32,000 bases of DNA from Promethearchaeum syntrophicum. GTDB lineage: Archaea > Asgardarchaeota > Lokiarchaeia > Sigyniarchaeales > Promethearchaeaceae. Positions 6,821-15,504 of the stretch are shown here, in pieces; the first letter of the stretch is position 1; each line of letters opens with the position of its first letter. The DNA is taken from contig NZ_CP042905.2 in assembly GCF_008000775.2 (NCBI RefSeq), forward strand, positions 420,001 to 452,000, written 5' to 3'. A program made the position numbers and the translations under genes. Below the pieces are notes generated by a model. That model searched no databases. It had not been told where the DNA came from and saw nothing but the letters and a program-made list of their open reading frames with translations.

Positions 6821-8050
6821 TCATTCCTCAAACAATATTTTTACTAATTTATTTCCGCATAATTTACAAATATGATTTGGTAATTGTTCAAAATGATTCA
6901 TATGATAAATTGCTTTACAAGAGGGATTACTACACTTAATTACTGTCTCATCCTCTTCAAAAATCCCGTTACATACAGGACAAGCTGAATATAAAGCAAT
7001 ATCTCCCAATTTTTTTGCAATTATTGGTTTTACACTAAAGGTTTGAACTTCTTTTTGCTTAACTCCTCTTTTTTTCGATTCTGAATGCATTCTAACTGCA
7101 GTTTGAATCGATGCGGGAAGTTTTAACAAATATAAGCAATGAACACACCTGAAAACTGTTCCATCACCAGTTTTATCCTGACTCTTTGCCCACATACTTG
7201 CACAAGATAAATGCATTGGTTGTGCACAATTAGGACAATAGCGACCAGATATCCGAAAACCTGTTTTTGAGATGGGATCGTCAGATTGGAAACATATAGA
7301 ACATTTATTATACTCTTTGGTCCCGCGCAAGCGAGCTAGAACCTCTTTTTGATCATTTGATCCTTTGTTCATTTCTCCTTCAGTTAAAAGAGGTTTAGCA
7401 ATTTTCTTCAACACTGCGTTGGAAATTTCTATTTTTCCCTTTTGATAAGACGATCCAGGGGCTTCAAAATTAGATTGAGCAAGATCTGTTGAGGCTGATA
7501 AAATTCCCTGAACATTATTTGAGTAGTAATATTTACCTTCTGTATTTTCTGATAGTCTTTTCATAATGTTAAAATGTTCTACATCTCCAACACGGATTGT
7601 ATCTATATGCATAGTTAACTGTTGAGCCAATTTTGCCATCTTCATTGGATCAATTTGAGTGTTTTTATATTTTCCATCAGAGAATAGAAGAATACGTGGC
7701 ACACGCGCACCATTTGTTCTAATATCTTCAATTAATACCTTAATTGCCATCCCTAAGGCTTCTCCTAAAAAATTGACCCCTCCACATTTAATTTTATTAA
7801 GAACTTCTAAAAATTCATCAAATTTAGCACCGTCAAATATATCAAAAATCATTTTAGGATCATTTTTAATTAGAATAAACGAAAATGTTGTCGTTCCACC
7901 CATTGCGGCTTCATTTTCAACTCTAGAACTAACAAAATTCAAAATTCCCTGTTTACAAGCTTCTAAGCGATTTGGGCTGTAATCTGAGCGATGCATTGAA
8001 CGGGAAGCATCTAAAATAATCACTACAGATTCGCTTATCATGTCTGGCAT
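6821..8050 (-). CDS. vWA-domain protein (Rpn10 / TFIIH-p44-like N-terminus) with two C-terminal cross-brace zinc fingers (PHD/RING-like)
   Basis: The N-terminus VVIILDASRSMHRSDYSPNRLEACKQG contains the MIDAS motif DxSxS followed by a D-Y-x-P-N-R-L motif, as in Rpn10 and Ssl1/p44 vWA domains; LLFSDG lies downstream. ZnF1 (aa 250-305, nt 7136-7303): C-x2-C-x18-C-x2-C-x4-H-x2-C-x18-C-x2-C, which is C4HC3. ZnF2 (aa 357-398, nt 6857-6982): C-x2-C-x12-C-x4-C-x4-H-x2-H-x8-C-x2-C. Confidence 0.8.
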   Translation of the reverse strand: MPDMISESVVIILDASRSMHRSDYSPNRLEACKQGILNFVSSRVENEAAMGGTTTFSFILIKNDPKMIFDIFDGAKFDEFLEVLNKIKCGGVNFLGEALGMAIKVLIEDIRTNGARVPRILLFSDGKYKNTQIDPMKMAKLAQQLTMHIDTIRVGDVEHFNIMKRLSENTEGKYYYSNNVQGILSASTDLAQSNFEAPGSSYQKGKIEISNAVLKKIAKPLLTEGEMNKGSNDQKEVLARLRGTKEYNKCSICFQSDDPISKTGFRISGRYCPNCAQPMHLSCASMWAKSQDKTGDGTVFRCVHCLYLLKLPASIQTAVRMHSESKKRGVKQKEVQTFSVKPIIAKKLGDIALYSACPVCNGIFEEDETVIKCSNPSCKAIYHMNHFEQLPNHICKLCGNKLVKILFEE

Positions 8051-8235
8051 TTCTACTCAATCTTCAATTTAGTTTTAAAATTTTTTTTTACATTATATTA
8101 TTGGTTTTAAAACCCTAAAGATTTATTTAGAAAAAAAAGGAAAAAAAATTTCTAGAGTCCAAAAAAATTTCCCAAAAAAAAGATAAAAATGAAAAAATTT
8201 TCATAAGATTGAAACTTTTTTTATAATGAGTTCAA

Positions 8236-9456
8236 ATGGTTGAACATAATTATCTCAAAAAAATTTTGCCCTTTTTTAAGGAAGGGACTGATTTCTCAAA
8301 AATTGGAAAACCTACAGATGTTCTTGATTTAAATCTCATAGATCTTAAAGATTATGACCCAAATTGGACACCATTTTTTGAAGACGCTGATGAAGAATTA
8401 AAAACTATTAAAGATCTCGCGCAAAGTAAAGATGATGTTGTTATCGAAGGTTTAGATCCTGCTGAAACTCGCAAAATTGGGATTATTGCAGAAATGATAT
8501 TTTGGCACATGACTCAGATTGCTGAATACGGTGAAAAACAGAAAAAAATCGTTTTCTTTGGATTGGGTAATGCAGGTAAAACAAGTTTACTTACCGCTTT
8601 GTCGGAGAAATATTCCACTATGAAGGAAATATTACCCACTCGTGGTTTATCACGCCAACAGACTAAGATTTTTGGCTATCAAGTATCAAGTTTTGATATG
8701 GGAGGGCAAGAAGAATACAGAAAAAGCTATTTTGAAAAAGCAGATATGTACTTCTCAGAGACAGATATACTTGTTTACTGCATTGACATTCAAGATACAG
8801 ACCGATATGATGAATCCTTAGATTATTTTAAGAAAATTTTAGATACTTATAAAAAGCACAAGCTTTCAATGCCTGTTCTTATCGCATTTACCAAATTTGA
8901 TCCTGATTTGATTAATGATGAAAATCTAAATGCAAGTCGTATTAAATTAATCGATAAAGTCGAGAAATTATGTGATGATTTTGAAGTTGGCTATGTAAAT
9001 TCATCGATTTATGAGAGAAACTCAATTGAAAACTTATTTTCACTTTCACTGAAACGAGTTTCGACAAGTGGAGGCGTTATTCAAGAATTTTTGGAGCAGT
9101 TTACTAAAAATATTGATGCGCGAGCAACATGTTTAATCTCTTCTACAGGATTAGTATATGGTACTTTTGGAGAAACTCATCAAGAAGAGGAGATGCTTAA
9201 GAATAGTGCAGCATATTTGCAGAATTTATATCTATTTCATATAACCCAACAAGGTTTAAATATTCAGAAAGAAGATTTTTATGAATTGCATTATTCCAGA
9301 AATAATTTACACTTTGTTTCAGAATATATTACAATGGCAGAAAATGATGGCGGTTTAGTCTATCTGTGGATACTTACAAATAATCTACGAAAGGAAATTC
9401 TCGGAATTCCAAAATTCAGAGAAGATATTCAACCTTTAATTGAACTGTTTATATAA
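8236..9456 (+). CDS. Small GTPase of the Arf/Sar/Rag-like group with a ~100-aa N-terminal extension and a C-terminal roadblock/LC7-like domain
   Basis: G1 is GLGNAGKTS (aa 109-117). Switch I is LPTRG. G3 is DMGGQEEYR (the DxGGQ form seen in Arf/Rag). G4 is TKFD. The C-terminal ~125 aa (IDARATCLISSTGLVYGTFGE...GGLVYLWILT) has the alternating pattern of roadblock/MglB-type domains. That architecture resembles Rag/Gtr. Confidence 0.8.
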   Translation: MVEHNYLKKILPFFKEGTDFSKIGKPTDVLDLNLIDLKDYDPNWTPFFEDADEELKTIKDLAQSKDDVVIEGLDPAETRKIGIIAEMIFWHMTQIAEYGEKQKKIVFFGLGNAGKTSLLTALSEKYSTMKEILPTRGLSRQQTKIFGYQVSSFDMGGQEEYRKSYFEKADMYFSETDILVYCIDIQDTDRYDESLDYFKKILDTYKKHKLSMPVLIAFTKFDPDLINDENLNASRIKLIDKVEKLCDDFEVGYVNSSIYERNSIENLFSLSLKRVSTSGGVIQEFLEQFTKNIDARATCLISSTGLVYGTFGETHQEEEMLKNSAAYLQNLYLFHITQQGLNIQKEDFYELHYSRNNLHFVSEYITMAENDGGLVYLWILTNNLRKEILGIPKFREDIQPLIELFI

Positions 9457-11340
9457 TTTCCTTACTAATATATTCATTTTTTTTTCAAGTTCTTCAATTT
9501 CATCCCGTTCTATTTTCACCAACCTATAAGATTCTGTTAAATTTTGAGCAATCACCGCGATTTCCTTCATTATTGGACTATTGGCTTGGTTTGGGATCAT
9601 TAATGGTATGTTGATCAAATCTTTAATATAAAATTGGAGATAATTGCCACGAACATGCGTATGATTGAAGTATATTTTATAATAGGTTGAAATTAGTTCT
9701 GAATTTAAAATTCCGAGTAAACAATAAAATTCTTCTTCTGGATTAGAGAACCATTTATCAGGATTATATAAAAAAAAGTTTTCAATTGGATTTTCAGGTT
9801 TTTGCTTACGTACCAGGAGTATTAGGGAGTTATTTGCATAATATTTCAAGAAATCTACTGCCGCTTGAATTTTAGTTCCAAATAACTTAATAAAAATTTT
9901 AGGAACTGCTTCAAATATCCACTTTTCACGAAAAGATCCATATTCTCCTGTTTTTCTATTTATAATTTTAGGATCATAGTGAATCCATAATCCTTGCCAT
10001 GCAATATGAAAGCGTTCTACATGGTATCGGCTAGTAATTGCATGTTTGTATGATTTATCTTGGATAGGAGGATTGGTTGTAATTATTTTATTCTTAATAT
10101 TCCCAGTATGAACACCTTTCCTTAAATCGTAAGGGGAACCAATATCCCCTATTCGGAATGTATCACCTTTCTCATTTAAATTCCAAAAATGATCTAATAG
10201 TTCAATATTCATTGAGTTTAATGATGTTGAAATTATATTTTTTGGTGATTTCAAAAAAAAAGACTGAAGAACCTGGTTGATTGGATATGTCTCATAATGA
10301 AGAAAAAATGAATCTAATTCTTTAATATCATTAATTTGGACCAATTTTGTCTGAAAATTTGAAAATTCTAAAATATTTTGACCTAATTTTTGGAACACAA
10401 TGATTATTGGATAGGTTGAGGATGCTTTAAACACTATCAAATGAGAGACATCAATAATATAATCAATATGAGTCTTAGTAAGTAAGATTTTTCTTATTTT
10501 TTGACCATAATCAGATACAAGCCATTTATTTGTGATGATAATTCCAGCCCATCCGCCTGGTTTTAATAACTTTATAATTTTTTCTAAAAAGAGAATCGAC
10601 AGATCAAATTTTTTAAAAGCGCTTTCATAATTCCTCTTTAAACTATTCCAATTTTTGTCTGGAATTGCGCGAGATTCAATATACGGGGGATTTCCAATAA
10701 TCACATCAAATTGATCTGTCTGTTCCAAGTAAGGATCAAGAAGTGAATCAATATTTTTCCAAACTACTCTTTTAATTGGTATTTGATTCGCAATTTTTAT
10801 TGCTGTTGGATCAATATCAAATCCAAAATATTCAGTATCATTGATGTTATTATGTTTTAATTCATTTTCTAAATCTTTCAACCACCAATGTGTAAGAAAT
10901 CTTCCCGTTCCACACGCAATATCTGCGACTTTTGTTTTTTGTTTACCACTCTTATTTTTGATTTTTTTTTTTTTAGAATCCTCTTGATATTTGCTATGTT
11001 TAATTAGATCTATTATAAAAGAAATAATTTTACGTGAGGTATATACCTTTCCAGGCTCTCTTTGTTTAGGATCCTTTACTATAATTTTCAATTTTCTGTT
11101 TTCTAGAGTAAGCTCATGTTCATAAAAGAATTGATAAACAGAACCCAATGGATCTTGTTGATCTGGGGCATTCGAAAGCAATTTAGAATATTTTTTCCGA
11201 TTAATCAGCAATTCATTCATAAATTTGTTCCAAAAGTTCTGTAATGTATTTAATTTCGCGAGATCTTCTTTGCTAGAATTTGCTCTCTTAATATATTCGT
11301 GAAATTGTTTCTCTATTGATTGATAAAAATGATTTTTCAT
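9436..11340 (-). CDS. N6-adenine DNA methyltransferase, gamma-class (Eco57I/TaqI-like) with a TaqI-type C-terminal target-recognition domain
   Basis: Motif I is VADIACGTGRFL, followed by motif IV IIGNPPYIE; that order indicates gamma class. The C-terminal LGILNSELISTYY...GNYLQFYIKDLINIPL resembles the TaqI_C specificity domain. No nuclease motif was recognised. The 3' end overlaps the GTPase gene by 21 nt, tail to tail. Confidence 0.85.
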   Translation of the reverse strand: MKNHFYQSIEKQFHEYIKRANSSKEDLAKLNTLQNFWNKFMNELLINRKKYSKLLSNAPDQQDPLGSVYQFFYEHELTLENRKLKIIVKDPKQREPGKVYTSRKIISFIIDLIKHSKYQEDSKKKKIKNKSGKQKTKVADIACGTGRFLTHWWLKDLENELKHNNINDTEYFGFDIDPTAIKIANQIPIKRVVWKNIDSLLDPYLEQTDQFDVIIGNPPYIESRAIPDKNWNSLKRNYESAFKKFDLSILFLEKIIKLLKPGGWAGIIITNKWLVSDYGQKIRKILLTKTHIDYIIDVSHLIVFKASSTYPIIIVFQKLGQNILEFSNFQTKLVQINDIKELDSFFLHYETYPINQVLQSFFLKSPKNIISTSLNSMNIELLDHFWNLNEKGDTFRIGDIGSPYDLRKGVHTGNIKNKIITTNPPIQDKSYKHAITSRYHVERFHIAWQGLWIHYDPKIINRKTGEYGSFREKWIFEAVPKIFIKLFGTKIQAAVDFLKYYANNSLILLVRKQKPENPIENFFLYNPDKWFSNPEEEFYCLLGILNSELISTYYKIYFNHTHVRGNYLQFYIKDLINIPLMIPNQANSPIMKEIAVIAQNLTESYRLVKIERDEIEELEKKMNILVRKLYKQFN

Positions 11341-11721
11341 ATTATAATTTCACATTTTAAACAAAGAAAAGCATGTATTTAAGTCCCTACTAATGAAAAT
11401 CTAAAATAGTTAGAAATATTATTTTTTATTTTCCTTTTAAATGGTCGCTGTATATTATCAATTTTCTAATTAAAGTAATTAAATAAAGAAAATCTGTTCT
11501 TAGTATCACATATTTCCTATTGATAAATCCATATTGTCGGGAATACTTATATAGAGTTGCGAGAATGTTTAGTTATACTCGAAAAATGTAATCCTTTATA
11601 AAGGAGATCTCATCTCATAATTTCATCACAAAAAGTTCAAAGAAGCAATAATAAAATAGTTCTAAATGTTCAGATTCAAAAGTCAGAAGACTCTGAATTA
11701 CCATTCCAATTTCTAGAATTG

Positions 11722-12087
11722 ATGGTTGCGGAGATTTTTCTACGCGAAGGTATAGAAATTATCCCAATGAAAGAAGGTAATTGTTATCAAATCTCATTTA
11801 ATCATATTGAAAGTTTAGAATTGTTTATCGATCAATTCATATCTCCATGCAAGTTTCCTGAACCAGAAATAAAGCACAATTTTATAATTCAATTTGCTTT
11901 TGAAATTTTACCAAAAATTTTTCTCGATCGAGAATTACTCCTTTCGATTAGAAGAAAGTTCCAAAAACTGGGCATTCAAATTCAATTTAACCAAATGACC
12001 CACATTCATGAATTTATTTTTCCTACCGAAGAAAATTATGTTCTATGGCTTTTGGAATTCATTCAAAGAAAGTCTAAAATTTGCTGA
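11722..12087 (+). CDS. Hypothetical small protein (121 aa)
   Basis: Non-overlapping ORF. The track start at 11719 is TTG, immediately followed by ATG at 11722. No recognisable motif. Confidence 0.4.
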   Translation: MVAEIFLREGIEIIPMKEGNCYQISFNHIESLELFIDQFISPCKFPEPEIKHNFIIQFAFEILPKIFLDRELLLSIRRKFQKLGIQIQFNQMTHIHEFIFPTEENYVLWLLEFIQRKSKIC

Positions 12088-12230
12088 ATTTGCTGATTTT
12101 CTTTCTCTTATTTTGTATGATTAATTTATCAAAATTTGAAAACAAAGGCGAAAAAAAGGCGAAAGAATCCGTTTTTAATACTAAGAAAAAGAAAAATTGA
12201 GAAAAAAAAAAGAATTCTTAATAAAAAATT

Positions 12231-13256
12231 TCACATCTTAAAAATTCTCTTTAGTAATGGTGGAACTCCTAACGCTCCAATTACAACAACCAAACAATAT
12301 TTAATGCCTCGTGTTATAAAATATATACCTGGAGCAAGGTCAAATAGCATTCCTAAAAGAAAATAGCTCCCAAAAGTAATTACAAACCCGATTAAAAGAG
12401 CCAAGATAGTTTTCAAAAGATCTAATTTATCAGGATCGTATTTTACATATTCCTCTTCGATCGGAAATGCAATTGATGCACCTAAAAGAAGACCACAAGA
12501 AACACTTAGATCGTGAATAACTCTTTGTATACCTGTCCAATCAGAATTATTTATTAAGAGTAAATTCAATAACAAAGAACTAAAAATCCATAATCCTAAG
12601 GAACATGCAACTCCGATCAGAATTTTCTTCTTTAAACTCCAAGTTCCGAATATTGAGGAAAAAATTGGTTCAAAATGCATATATGTTGTAATCATTAGCA
12701 ATCCGAGCATAGTTCCTCCTATTATATCTTGTAAATCATGGACACCTATAATCACTCTTGAGATGGGAACCAAGATTATAAGAAACATTGCGAAAATACG
12801 CCATGGAATTCGTTTTTTCTTCTCTTCACCTTTGAAATTAAAAAATGTATACCCCCAAAAGCTCAAAGTGCCAGAGGAATGACCACTAGGAAATCCGTAC
12901 CCCTCAGCTTGACCCACGATATTTGAAGGCGGTCTTGGATCTAAAAATAAACTTTTAGAGAAATCTGATAAATGAGTTGTAATAAGAAAACCAATCAGTA
13001 ATTTTTTAGCGAATTTCTTATTAATTCCAAAGTAAAACACACAGAAGAATACAATATATAGTTCTTCATCACCAAATATGGTAATTATATTGAAAATATC
13101 ATATACAATGCCCTCACCTACATAAAACGCTTCATTAAGCTCCAAAGCTAATAATATTGTGCCAATAACTAAAATTACAACTGCCACTATGATGTTTATA
13201 TTTATCTGTTGTTTTGTAATTTCATGATAAGGTTCATATTTTTTTTCTTCATTCAT
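12231..13256 (-). CDS. PAP2-family (type 2 phosphatidic acid phosphatase-like) integral membrane phosphatase
   Basis: All three PAP2 motifs are present: KSLFLDPRP (KxxxxxxRP), PSGHS, and SRVIIGVHDLQD (SRxxxxxHxxxD). There are multiple TM segments. The track start at 13265 is a GTG lying inside an SD-like AAGGTGA; the ATG at 13254-13256, 5 nt downstream of that SD, is preferred. Confidence 0.9.
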   Translation of the reverse strand: MNEEKKYEPYHEITKQQININIIVAVVILVIGTILLALELNEAFYVGEGIVYDIFNIITIFGDEELYIVFFCVFYFGINKKFAKKLLIGFLITTHLSDFSKSLFLDPRPPSNIVGQAEGYGFPSGHSSGTLSFWGYTFFNFKGEEKKKRIPWRIFAMFLIILVPISRVIIGVHDLQDIIGGTMLGLLMITTYMHFEPIFSSIFGTWSLKKKILIGVACSLGLWIFSSLLLNLLLINNSDWTGIQRVIHDLSVSCGLLLGASIAFPIEEEYVKYDPDKLDLLKTILALLIGFVITFGSYFLLGMLFDLAPGIYFITRGIKYCLVVVIGALGVPPLLKRIFKM

Positions 13257-13429
13257 AATTTTCACCTTAATGAATAATTTTGCTTTAAGGAATTAAAATA
13301 GTTTTGAAAATTTTTTTAATCTGAACGCAAAGATACTCAAAAACGACTTAATTTTAAGGTGGGAAGAGTAGGTTATAGTTTGGTTGTTAAACTTACACAA
13401 TTATCAATATCTGTATAATTTAAATTTTT

Positions 13430-15457
13430 TTAATAGCGGCGTTTGTGAATGTATTTATGGGCATATGAGCGAATTTTCTTACCCGCCAGTACATGAAGAT
13501 TTCTCAATGCGCGAAGACTAACAGGATTAAATCGATCAATTGGTAAATAAATAATTTTTACATGAACTCTGGCAGCAATGCTGTAAAAAATGTTATCTGG
13601 CTTATTTTTTGCAACATATGTAATAAAAGGTTTTTGAGCAAATAATAATGCTGCTAACAACAAGCGATCTGCTTTTTTCTTGGCTATTGGATAATTTTTT
13701 AAAAATTTATCATTCCATATATCAGGAATATTACGAGGAGGATAGAAAGACACAACTCCTCCTAATTCGATTCTCGATATTCCCGGCCCAACAAGATCAA
13801 TTCCAGGAAATGTACTATAAAACGCTAAATCACTTTCTTTCAAATGCTCTGCGAACCAAATTTGTTTATGTTTGAACAAAATATCACTTTCATCACGATT
13901 AAAGATAATTACAACCGAATCAACTTCTCCACGTATAGTTATTTTCTCTTTCACGTAAATCTTCTTTTTATATGCCCAGTTTCGAATAGTTTCTCTGAAA
14001 TCAATACCATCCATTAAAGTGGATGTAAATTCATGAATCTTAATATGATCATCTTTCAACAAATTCATTGACCTGGTTCTTACATGCCGAAAGTAATTTT
14101 CTTCAAAAATATCTTCAGGAAGGTAGGAAACAAGGTTCCATTTATTTTTATCCCAGACTGATCTCCATTCACCTTTTTTTGATTCTTTTGGTTTGGGCTT
14201 AAGTGGTAATTTTATTTTCTGAATTTTCAATGGTATTGTTCTGCGCAATTTGAAATATTTACCGTCCAGTAAAATTCCTTCATCAGAAAAACTCAAACTA
14301 TCTAATTTATCATCGTCTTTTGCATAAGGGTATAATTTGCATTCGTTCCAAACAACCCAAGCGAAGTTATCATTGATTATACTTTTCGATGCTAACACAA
14401 TATCGAATAGCACAGGTGTTATCCTGTTTTCGATTAACGGAAGGTTTCTTATATATTGGAATAGAGATTTTAGTTTATGTAAGCTGATTTTTTCATCATA
14501 TTCTTGTTTATATTGATCTACAGCGCGTTGCAATATTATTTTTATTGAATTAAATTGGTCCATTTTCAATAAATCTATTTGATTAGATTCTCGAAATGGA
14601 AGTTTATCAATCACTTTCTTTTGTCGATTACGGAATATTTCATATTGGAACACAATATTTGGGGTTTGGATCATTATTTTAGGCAGATCATCTTGAAGAA
14701 TATTGAATAATTTTGCATCCACTGAAGTGGAAAATGATGTAGTGATATCTTCAGAAATAATATTGTGTTCCAATAAATATTTAATTTTTTCCCAATGTGC
14801 TAGGCCCATCACCACTAAAATTTGTCTATTTTTATTAGATATCATGATTTCACTCAATTTCGCTGCCATAAAATGATTTCGGAGTTCATCAATATCTTTT
14901 GAACTTTGCATCCAATTTTGAGCATTCACTCCTGATAAATCTTTCAGATAACTTTCGGATTCGAGAAGGAATTGTTCGTCGAGATTATTTTTTTGCTTTT
15001 TTTCTTGTTCAGATTTCTCTTTTTGAAACTTAAATTCAGCAAGATCTTCAAATTTCATTTCTTTTTTAACGATATCATAAAATTCCTCTAAAGAAAGTTT
15101 ATTTAACACATATGAATCTGGTAAATTATGAAATTCAGGGTTATAATTCTTCACAAATAGATCTATAAATTCAACTGGAATTCCATACTCTTGGGCTAAT
15201 CGAATTGATTCAATTAATGAATCAGAAGGAGTAATTGGGATGAATAATTGTTGTTTTAACAGTTCATCATAATAAAGAACCAATGAAATTGAAGGGAACC
15301 GATTAATTCCAGTGATAATTTGGGTTCGAAGATTTTCGGGGAACTCAACACAAATTAGATCGGGAGGATTTTGGTAAAAAGCCGCTCTTACTTCATATAC
15401 AAAATCCAGATTTGAATGATAGGTAGGGATTATCGTTAAATTTTTGTATTTAAGCAT
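13430..15457 (-). CDS. Large conserved hypothetical protein with an N-terminal TraB/GumN-like domain (possibly DUF5682-like); partner of the upstream AAA_5 ATPase
   Basis: The 675-aa ORF starts 47 nt downstream of the ATPase gene on the same strand. The N-terminus LTIIPTYHSNLDFVYEVRAAFYQNPPDLICVEFPENL parallels the TraB motif GTAHxS...PDxVxVEL. Later, ILVVMGLAHWEKIKYLL parallels the TraB/GumN GxGH motif. Assignment is by motif memory only. Confidence 0.5.
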   Translation of the reverse strand: MLKYKNLTIIPTYHSNLDFVYEVRAAFYQNPPDLICVEFPENLRTQIITGINRFPSISLVLYYDELLKQQLFIPITPSDSLIESIRLAQEYGIPVEFIDLFVKNYNPEFHNLPDSYVLNKLSLEEFYDIVKKEMKFEDLAEFKFQKEKSEQEKKQKNNLDEQFLLESESYLKDLSGVNAQNWMQSSKDIDELRNHFMAAKLSEIMISNKNRQILVVMGLAHWEKIKYLLEHNIISEDITTSFSTSVDAKLFNILQDDLPKIMIQTPNIVFQYEIFRNRQKKVIDKLPFRESNQIDLLKMDQFNSIKIILQRAVDQYKQEYDEKISLHKLKSLFQYIRNLPLIENRITPVLFDIVLASKSIINDNFAWVVWNECKLYPYAKDDDKLDSLSFSDEGILLDGKYFKLRRTIPLKIQKIKLPLKPKPKESKKGEWRSVWDKNKWNLVSYLPEDIFEENYFRHVRTRSMNLLKDDHIKIHEFTSTLMDGIDFRETIRNWAYKKKIYVKEKITIRGEVDSVVIIFNRDESDILFKHKQIWFAEHLKESDLAFYSTFPGIDLVGPGISRIELGGVVSFYPPRNIPDIWNDKFLKNYPIAKKKADRLLLAALLFAQKPFITYVAKNKPDNIFYSIAARVHVKIIYLPIDRFNPVSLRALRNLHVLAGKKIRSYAHKYIHKRRY

Positions 15458-15504
15458 AGAAATGCTTTCCTTTTGAACAATTTTTTCTGATTTTCTTTAT
15501 ATCT

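Noticed and set aside
7659-7982. A 107-aa plus-strand ORF.
   Set aside because: It is antisense to the vWA domain coding region. It is a shadow ORF.
8051-8235. Long A-runs (aaaaaaaagg aaaaaaaa.. aaaaaaa.. aaaaaaaa) between the vWA and GTPase genes, considered as a possible repeat element.
   Set aside because: This is a divergent promoter region of extreme AT content. It has no defined repeat unit or terminal repeats, and it is consistent with ordinary archaeal intergenic DNA in this genome.
12136-12366. A 76-aa Lys/Arg-rich ORF on the plus strand.
   Set aside because: It has a TTG start, its low-complexity sequence is read from an A-rich intergenic tract, and its 3' half overlaps the well-supported PAP2 gene on the opposite strand.
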